This document shows, in pieces, positions 18,344 through 24,660 of a DNA stretch of 24,660 nucleotides. Under the pieces are notes generated by a model. It had not been told where the DNA came from and made no database searches. It saw nothing but the letters and a program-made list of their open reading frames with translations. The stretch covers positions 1-24,660 of the forward strand of contig DXJL01000058.1 in NCBI GenBank assembly GCA_019057635.1, read 5' to 3'. Source of the stretch: Candidatus Heimdallarchaeota archaeon (GTDB lineage Archaea; Asgardarchaeota; Heimdallarchaeia; Hodarchaeales; Hodarchaeaceae). The translations under genes were made by a program, and so were the position numbers. Position 1 is the first letter of the stretch. Every line of letters starts with the position of its first letter.

Positions 18344-18590
18344 TTAAATCTCCACTAGATGATTATATTGATAACTTAACTTCAAAGACGTTCTAATCGT
18401 TTAATGTTGATTAGCAGTCAATCTGAGGAGATTTGAATTAATTGATAAACCTTCTTTCTTAGACTAAATTCTCTTGACGAATTCTGAGGGTGTACAGAAA
18501 CTAGATAAATCCTATCTGCTCATCTAATTCTTATAGAAAATCAACAAATCATTTTTATTTTAATTCTCCAACCCATTGCTTTAGAAGAAG

Positions 18591-19280
18591 ATGGTAAATT
18601 TCTCTAATATTACACTCGCTTCCTATGAAGAATTATGTTTTCTACTGGATAACGGGTATCCCAAGAAAAGTGCTCTAACATTTGTCGCAAATCATCATAA
18701 CTATGCTGAAAGCGAGAGATTTATATTAAATCGCGTTGCAGTTCCCCGTCATTTGGTTGAGAAAATCAAACATAACAAGATTACAGATCCAAGCAAATTA
18801 GTTAATCAGGTTTTCACTATTGATATTTATAATCAATTTACGACGTTCCAATCGTTATTCAATAATGAACCCATAATTCTCTGTCGTGATGGGGTATTTC
18901 GAGATATATTTTCACTTTTGCATTCAAAGAAGGAATTACTTTTCCGAAAAGAAATGATACAGAAATTTCTGTTAAATGTCTTTAAACTAAAGCCCCACTA
19001 CATCTATCTATATTTTGATAAACAAAGGAGTAAGAGTGGAGTTCATTCTACTAAATTTCAAAATATTCTAGACAAATTCGAATTACCAGGAAGATGTATT
19101 GTTACGAAATCAGTTGATCACTGTTTGAAGGTTCAAACTGATGTTATTACATTTACACATGATTCAATAATCTTAAACGAAGTTCAGGCAAGTTTTGATT
19201 TTATTAGATGGTATATTGAGAATAACAACCTGAAAACCCAGCTAATTGACAGGTTTTTCAATTATCGCTTCGGTGAATGA
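18591..19280 (+). CDS. DUF434-family protein
   Basis: FLLDNGYPKKSALTFVANHH, IDIYN and CRDGVFRD resemble the DUF434 N-terminus and its PIN-like C-terminal part. Confidence 0.75.
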   Translation: MVNFSNITLASYEELCFLLDNGYPKKSALTFVANHHNYAESERFILNRVAVPRHLVEKIKHNKITDPSKLVNQVFTIDIYNQFTTFQSLFNNEPIILCRDGVFRDIFSLLHSKKELLFRKEMIQKFLLNVFKLKPHYIYLYFDKQRSKSGVHSTKFQNILDKFELPGRCIVTKSVDHCLKVQTDVITFTHDSIILNEVQASFDFIRWYIENNNLKTQLIDRFFNYRFGE

Positions 19281-19359
19281 AAAATCTCAGTTAGAAAATT
19301 ATTAAAAGATCTAATGTATTTCAATAACATGAGATACTAAAGAATGCTCCCCCTTTAAA

Positions 19360-19558
19360 GGGAACGTAGCGAAGCTAGTGGACTCGCTAGTTTCTAGCGA
19401 GACCGGACAAGTATCGCGCCGGGCTCCAGAACCCCCTGTGAACTCCACTGGGTTGACTGAAACTCATGATGAAGTTCTGGAACAATGAGGAAACTCGGTG
19501 TCATTCTTGCATGTCGCAAGGTGAACGAAAATCGCCAGTTCAAATCTGGCCGTTCCCA
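19360..19558 (+). tRNA. tRNA-Trp(CCA) with three inserts: D-loop, 37/38 and 45/46
   Basis: Acceptor GGGAACG/CGTTCCC, D stem GCGA/TCGC, anticodon stem CCGGG/CTCGG with CT-CCA-G|A, T arm GCCAG-TTCAAAT-CTGGC. The gene spans 199 nt versus about 75 for the mature tRNA. Confidence 0.9.
19430..19492 (+). ncRNA. Intron-encoded box C/D guide RNA within pre-tRNA-Trp
   Basis: CTGA at 19457-60, ATGATGA at 19466-72 and ATGA at 19485-88. Guides CACTGGGTT and GTTCTGGA are complementary to AACTCGGTG and TCCAGAAC of the same pre-tRNA. Confidence 0.8.
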
Positions 19559-19896
19559 CTTCCTTTTTTAATTAGATTAGATCTCTCTAGAAAGACTTTC
19601 TAATACTTCCACCATAATATCCACTAGCGACATTGTGCAAATGGAGAGTTATCCGAAACTGAGCAATTAATCGATTTTAATTTGTTTAAAAACGATTTAA
19701 TTATTGATGAGGTAGTTTTAGAGAAAGAAAGCCAATATCGATAGATTCGGTATTTTGGGTCTTTTTTCTAAAATCAGGAGTTTATTAAAAGATGCCCCCA
19801 GATGATGGTCCAATCGGTCTTTAAGAATCCACAGGTCGAATTACCTGATTCCCTTCCTTTTTTTTAGAATGAATCTACAAATAAAAAGAGATATTA

Positions 19897-21420
19897 TTAG
19901 CTCGTCAATATCGATGGGGATCTCCATCGAAGGTTTTCACTGTCGAACCATTGATATCTCAACCTTTGGGGATATAAATACCCCATAACAGGCCAAATAG
20001 TCCATTTCATTTCATTTTCAATCCATTGTACCCATTCTGGCCGCAGTCGTACATAAAGATATAGATTTTGATCACTAGTAAACAATTGACCAAAGGGAAG
20101 CCACTGTATCATTCGTAAAAGCTGTTCGTCAGGTAGTATCGGTAGTTTAACGAAATATGTATCTAAACTCCATTCATTAAGAAGCCTATGAGATCTGAAA
20201 CTAACATTCAACACCATTTTTCTTTGTAGATCCCTAATTAAGGATAAGTACTTTGGAGTTAGCAGGAATGAAGATTGTGGGTTTGAAAAATTGAGAGGTA
20301 AATTTTCTAAGGTAAATTCTCTTGAAACTTCACAAAATAGTTTGATTAATTCCTCTGGTTGATCATGTTGTTTAAAGTGCCAAGTAGAATCAGAGGAGGG
20401 AGAGAGATAAAACTGGTGTAAATTATTTTTTCGCTTTTTCCTTGGATTTTTTGTTAATAATCGCCTAGTTAATACCTTGCGTTGCGTTTTATTTAAATCT
20501 CTCCAACCTTTGTCAGGTTTATAAAGAGCTAGAGATTGATGAAGATGAGTTAAGTTAAGATTCATCATTTCATGTATGATTATCTTTCCCTGTCGATCTT
20601 TTTTTTTAAAATAAGCTTTTAGCGAATCATGACATGTAATCGGGGAAGTTAAAAGCCCGATAAATGAGTTAGAAGTTTCTCTTACTTGTAACACATTGCT
20701 ATTGCTGAGGAGAGTATTTGCACCATCTTGCAAATCTACTACCTCTTTGAGAGATGTATTCTCTGTAAGTTGAAAATTGATGTAAAAATGCTCTAGATCA
20801 AAAGCGTGTCTATGAAAGAAAAGAATAATTCTTATGTCGAGAAGTTTGAAGAATGTAGAAACGTCAGGATAAATTTTTGTTCCACCCCTATTCTTATAAT
20901 AAACAGTTTTAACGTGTAGAGGATCTAATGCTAAATATCCACTATTAGTAACCTCAGAAAATAACAATTCCACATTTTGAAGCTGTTCACGTGAAAGAGG
21001 AACTTTAGATCTATTATATTTATATTGTAGGGATTCAAAAGCATCTATATCCAGTAAGGAGGTATAACTATGCACTAATTTGAAAATGGCTCTTAAATTA
21101 TTAATAATATACGTGTAAAAGTCTTCAGCATGGTATTTAGCTTCCTTCAATATCAAATTGGCTTTTGTACAGAATTCCCGAGAAAACCATAGGAATGGAG
21201 TTTGTAGGTATAGATTTGTTCCTGTATTTTCTTCAATATAATCGTCGAGTCGAGTTATAAGTTTTTCACGTTGGAATTCGGCTTCTTGGTAATGCATAAG
21301 AACTGATGTAAATTTAAATAGGATTTCTTTTTCAAATATAGGATAATTTTTTGCGTATAAAGAGATTCTACTTAGTATCGTGTGAATATTATTCCTTAGG
21401 ATCTCATGGCGCCGAACCAC
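19897..21420 (-). CDS. Hypothetical protein (507 aa)
   Basis: Long uninterrupted ORF with a GTG start; no motif recognised with confidence. Confidence 0.75.
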   Translation of the reverse strand: MVRRHEILRNNIHTILSRISLYAKNYPIFEKEILFKFTSVLMHYQEAEFQREKLITRLDDYIEENTGTNLYLQTPFLWFSREFCTKANLILKEAKYHAEDFYTYIINNLRAIFKLVHSYTSLLDIDAFESLQYKYNRSKVPLSREQLQNVELLFSEVTNSGYLALDPLHVKTVYYKNRGGTKIYPDVSTFFKLLDIRIILFFHRHAFDLEHFYINFQLTENTSLKEVVDLQDGANTLLSNSNVLQVRETSNSFIGLLTSPITCHDSLKAYFKKKDRQGKIIIHEMMNLNLTHLHQSLALYKPDKGWRDLNKTQRKVLTRRLLTKNPRKKRKNNLHQFYLSPSSDSTWHFKQHDQPEELIKLFCEVSREFTLENLPLNFSNPQSSFLLTPKYLSLIRDLQRKMVLNVSFRSHRLLNEWSLDTYFVKLPILPDEQLLRMIQWLPFGQLFTSDQNLYLYVRLRPEWVQWIENEMKWTIWPVMGYLYPQRLRYQWFDSENLRWRSPSILTS

Positions 21421-21914
21421 TCCAGAACCCGCCTTAAAGTTATAAAAAAGATTTTTCTACCCTTATTATAGAGTTTATTCTGGATATATTTAAACTTTTC
21501 ATATATTTATATAGGGCTTATAAAACATAGTCAATCGTTATTGAAATAAATATTGACATTCGAATTAAAACAGCCTCTACTACTATTCTTATTCTTAAGG
21601 ATAGTATTACATTTTTATCTTGTCTCTGTTAACGAAAAACTACATAGTAAAGAAGTATATAATCTAAGAATTAGTAATTTACGCAATTTGATCTATTTGC
21701 TTCAATTTTTATCTGTGAAATGTGCCCTAGGAATTGGTGAGTACTACAGTAAACAGATAAACATCATTAGGAAAAAGCATAAAACAGAAGAAAAGCAGTT
21801 CTAGCAGATAGAAAGGCTTCTTTGAAAGCAGAGAAAAAATTCTTGAGCTGCTACCAACTAATAAATCTGAACGCATTAGTAAATTCATAAGAACGCATTT
21901 GGAAGTGACAATTG

Positions 21915-22214
21915 ATGCAATATTTACACGCTGCACTAGTATTACACTCATCAGGAAAAGGAGTTTCTGAAAAAGGAATAACAGCAATTATTAAAGCGGC
22001 TGGTGACAAACCAGACGAAGCTAAGATTAAGGCTTTGGTTTCAACACTTGAATCATTAGACATTGATGAAGCCATTAAAGGGGCAAGTTTTATGACTGCA
22101 GCTTCACCTGGAACTACAGCTGCAGCAGATACTGGCAAGGAAACTGTAGCTAGTTCAACAGAACCTGAAGAAGAAGCTGGGGACGATCTCGGTTTATCTT
22201 CATTATTCGGTTGA
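21915..22214 (+). CDS. rpl12: Ribosomal stalk protein aP1 (archaeal L12)
   Basis: MQYLHAALVLH, KAAG..PDEAKIKALV..LE..DIDEAI, an Ala/Thr hinge and the C-terminal GLSSLFG. Confidence 0.93.
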   Translation: MQYLHAALVLHSSGKGVSEKGITAIIKAAGDKPDEAKIKALVSTLESLDIDEAIKGASFMTAASPGTTAAADTGKETVASSTEPEEEAGDDLGLSSLFG

Positions 22215-22526
22215 AAACTTTCTTTTAAATCCTTTATACTCCCTACATGGGCATTGAGTGGCTCATATTCCATAATAGAGCCATTTTCTCTTTCTTTTTA
22301 TTCTTGTCAATAGCATTGGACTAGCTTTATACAACTTTCCAGATATTCAGCTCGTTTAAAGTAAAAAAATTCGAATTTTATTGGGATTAAAGGTATCTGA
22401 TCTAGTTAAGATAAACTAAAATCTGATAAATCAAATGAAAAATATAGGAGTTATGAAAAAAAATTTGCGAAATAAGCAATAAGTTCTTATCAACTTATAA
22501 TCATCTATGACTATAGATAATGTTAA

Positions 22527-22623
22527 GGGCCGATGGTGAAGCTGGTATCACGCCGCCTTCGCAAGGCGGAGATTGCAAAAATGCGACCGTATCCCCCGAG
22601 TTCAAATCTCGGTCGGTCCACCA
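22527..22623 (+). tRNA. tRNA-Ala(CGC) with a 21-nt intron at 45/46 (22572-22592); CCA encoded
   Basis: Acceptor GGGCCGA/TCGGTCC with G3-U70, anticodon arm CCGCC-TTCGCAA-GGCGG, T arm CCGAG-TTCAAAT-CTCGG. Removing 21 nt gives exactly 76 nt. Confidence 0.95.
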
Positions 22624-22659
22624 CATTCATAGTAACAGAAAACCTTGTATGGAATATAA

Positions 22660-23745
22660 ATGTCAGTTAAAGAAGATACCCATAGAAATGAGCTATTAAA
22701 TAGTGCCAAGCTGGAATTCCGTAATGCTGGGTATACGCTGAGTGATAATGATATTAGCTCCTCCTCTTTTGACTTCATAGTGAAGAAGAAAGAAATTCAG
22801 ACACCTTTAATAACGAAAAAAATGATCATTCGTGTATTAGCTGAATTAGATTTGTTTAAAAGACACACATCCCAAGAACTTCAGTTAATTGCCAAATTAA
22901 TTCAAGGAAAACCTTTACTAATAGCAAAATTTGCTACTGGAAAAAGAATTAAACCAGCCACACTTTATAGACGGCACAATGTTCCTGCTATTTCGTTACA
23001 AACTCTGAAATCTTTTCTTCAAGATGAATTATCCAAAAAATCTCCACAAATTACTAAACTCACAAAGAGAGGGGGTATCTTTGTCAATCTATCAACTTCA
23101 CGCTTTGTTGAGAGAAGAAAACAGCTTGAGTTGGATATTAGTCTTTTAGCTGAAAAAATTGGGGTATCACGTCAATCCCTCTATAAGTATGAGCGGGGTA
23201 AAAGCTCACCTAAATTAGATAGTTACGCTCGTATCTTAGAGATCATGGGTATTGATCTTGAACAGCCGATTAACATATTTGAAAAACCTAAAAAATCTTC
23301 AAACGACTTAGATTTTACAATCAAAGAACTTTGTAAACCTAAATCACAACGACAAAAAGAAATCACTGGTTACCTTCAAGAAAAAGAGATCCAGATTTTG
23401 TGGTTAAGACAAGAACCTGTTGATGGCATCATTGTTAACGAACAAAGAGAGATTATCGACAAGAGTGAAATAAATCCAGGAAACTCAATTGTCACAGGTG
23501 TTTCTTCAACAAATGAGGAAAAAGACCATGATCGTCTCCTCTTACTAAACAAACTCGCACGCTTCTTAGGAAAAAAAGCAATTTGGTTTGAAGATGAAGA
23601 ATCAGACAAAGAATCGAAATTTATTAAGACTACGGATTTTTTTACAATATTGACTATTTCTGATTTAGAACGTATGGGAAATGAAGAACTATTAAAATCT
23701 TTGAAATTATCGGACACTTCTCATCAAACTAAATCCAAACGTTGA
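22660..23745 (+). CDS. Archaeal XRE-HTH transcriptional regulator (COG1395-like)
   Basis: SFDFIVKK, LYRRHNVPAIS, KRGGIFVNL and the HTH LAEKIGVSRQSLYKYERG. Confidence 0.85.
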   Translation: MSVKEDTHRNELLNSAKLEFRNAGYTLSDNDISSSSFDFIVKKKEIQTPLITKKMIIRVLAELDLFKRHTSQELQLIAKLIQGKPLLIAKFATGKRIKPATLYRRHNVPAISLQTLKSFLQDELSKKSPQITKLTKRGGIFVNLSTSRFVERRKQLELDISLLAEKIGVSRQSLYKYERGKSSPKLDSYARILEIMGIDLEQPINIFEKPKKSSNDLDFTIKELCKPKSQRQKEITGYLQEKEIQILWLRQEPVDGIIVNEQREIIDKSEINPGNSIVTGVSSTNEEKDHDRLLLLNKLARFLGKKAIWFEDEESDKESKFIKTTDFFTILTISDLERMGNEELLKSLKLSDTSHQTKSKR

Positions 23746-24070
23746 GAAGGATTCTTGAATTCATGACTAAATTTGTCAGACAATGCAGTAAAACTGCGTT
23801 CTGGACAGGATGAGTCACACATCCGCTATCCGGCAGGTTGGCAACAAGAGAATGTTTGCTTTCCATTGGGACTACTTGAATCAGATCTGCTTGCGACATC
23901 CCAAACACTAATGAATTTCGACCAGATTGGGCCATTCTTCTCTTGCCTTTGACGGGTAACTCGTCTAACATAATTACAATGGAATATGACCGAAGAGCTA
24001 AGTGAATTTTTTTATCACCACCTCGGGGTTGAAGAAGTAAAGGAGGGAGGCCTTTTAAGGTTGTTAGAGA

Positions 24071-24660
24071 CAGTCTTCACGCATCCCCTCCTTGAAAAGT
24101 CAGCAGTGATAATATTTCATCACGTAAGTAACGACAAAACCACCGAGCAATGCATACTAAGCTAAAAGTAAGTTGAACATAAAAACGAGTGTTCTCATCA
24201 ATAGAAAAGTGACCGACCTTCACCAATCTATTTTGAAGGATGGAAAAGACCACCCAAAGCACATTAAGAGTTACTGCAAGCCCGAAGAGGATGATTCGGA
24301 GTTGGGGAGAAATACTGTTTGTTATGGCCTGGAAATCGTTAATACATCGATAATCGGTCTCAATCATCCATCTTTTCCCATAAAGCTTGACAATATACCG
24401 AGCAGAGACATCTAAGTTGGTAAGATACATAAATAACTCATAAGTAAATCGTTGGGAGGAATCTCGCTGATTTGTCTTGAGTCGTACCAACGCAGCTACT
24501 AGGGGGACACGAATGCCTTTCTTGCTGGTTAAGACCTGCTCGACTCGAAAGGTATCCAGCCCCTGTTTACGAGCCCATTTTCCTAGCGCAAACCTGTCCT
24601 TGATGTTTACCCCTGCTTCTGTTGCTAGATTTTCAATGCATTGAAGTATTTCATTGTGTG
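24071..24660 (-). mobile_element. Downstream end of an ISH3/IS4-type insertion sequence
   Basis: The transposase stop lies 6 nt inside a candidate terminus that reads CAGTCTTCAC on the + strand from 24071. The other end is outside the window. Confidence 0.65.
24077..24660 (-). CDS. DDE transposase C-terminal part (IS4 superfamily, ISH3-like), truncated by the window edge
   Basis: YLTNL...LYGKRWMIETDYR (Y-x2-R-x3-E signature), followed by TNS..PQLRIILFGLAV. The frame is open up to 24660. Confidence 0.88.
   Translation of the reverse strand, partial: HNEILQCIENLATEAGVNIKDRFALGKWARKQGLDTFRVEQVLTSKKGIRVPLVAALVRLKTNQRDSSQRFTYELFMYLTNLDVSARYIVKLYGKRWMIETDYRCINDFQAITNSISPQLRIILFGLAVTLNVLWVVFSILQNRLVKVGHFSIDENTRFYVQLTFSLVCIARWFCRYLRDEILSLLTFQGGDA

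Noticed and set aside
19351-19602. Short palindromes CCCTTTAAAGGG and TAGAAAG-A-CTTTCTA flanking tRNA-Trp
   Set aside because: Short and single-copy. No duplicated tRNA 3' end (att site) or integrase was seen nearby.
21553-22273. ORFs 21553-21804, 21727-21987 and 21851-22273, and a search for a uL10 remnant upstream of aP1
   Set aside because: No motifs; two are antisense to aP1; no uL10-like sequence was visible.
23376-24415. ORFs 23376-23717, 23729-23971 and 24173-24415
   Set aside because: Antisense shadows, or no recognisable homology.
1-24660. CRISPR array, rRNA genes, long tandem repeats
   Set aside because: None seen on reading the window.

Overview
Archaeal, AT-rich chromosomal window dominated by translation genes. 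The archaeal call rests on eS4, eL32, eL19, eS1, aP1, Rpp29 and Pcc1 plus BHB-type tRNA introns. An Asgard/Heimdallarchaeia-like origin is only my impression. The S10/spc ribosomal superoperon is split and reordered. One block is uL22-uS3-uL29-rnp1-uS17-uL14-uL24-eS4-uL5-uS14, running directly into taw2. uS19 is flipped, and a separate eL32-eL19-uL18-uS5-uL30-uL15 block ends at a tRNA-Val. Also present are the uS15/coiled-coil/DHH/Pcc1 cluster with a flipped eS1, a DUF434 gene, a stand-alone aP1, a COG1395-type HTH regulator and the end of an ISH3/IS4-type element. A decayed patch at about 11.9-14.4 kb holds a frameshifted HerA-like fragment, a catalytically dead TIM-like pseudogene and a 43-aa membrane ORF. 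The most striking signal is in the RNA genes: all three tRNAs carry introns at non-canonical positions. The 199-nt tRNA-Trp gene appears to have three introns, one of which is a box C/D guide whose N+5 targets are C34 and C39 of the same tRNA. Several housekeeping genes (Pcc1, probably Rpp29 and uS3) seem to need non-ATG/GTG/TTG start codons.
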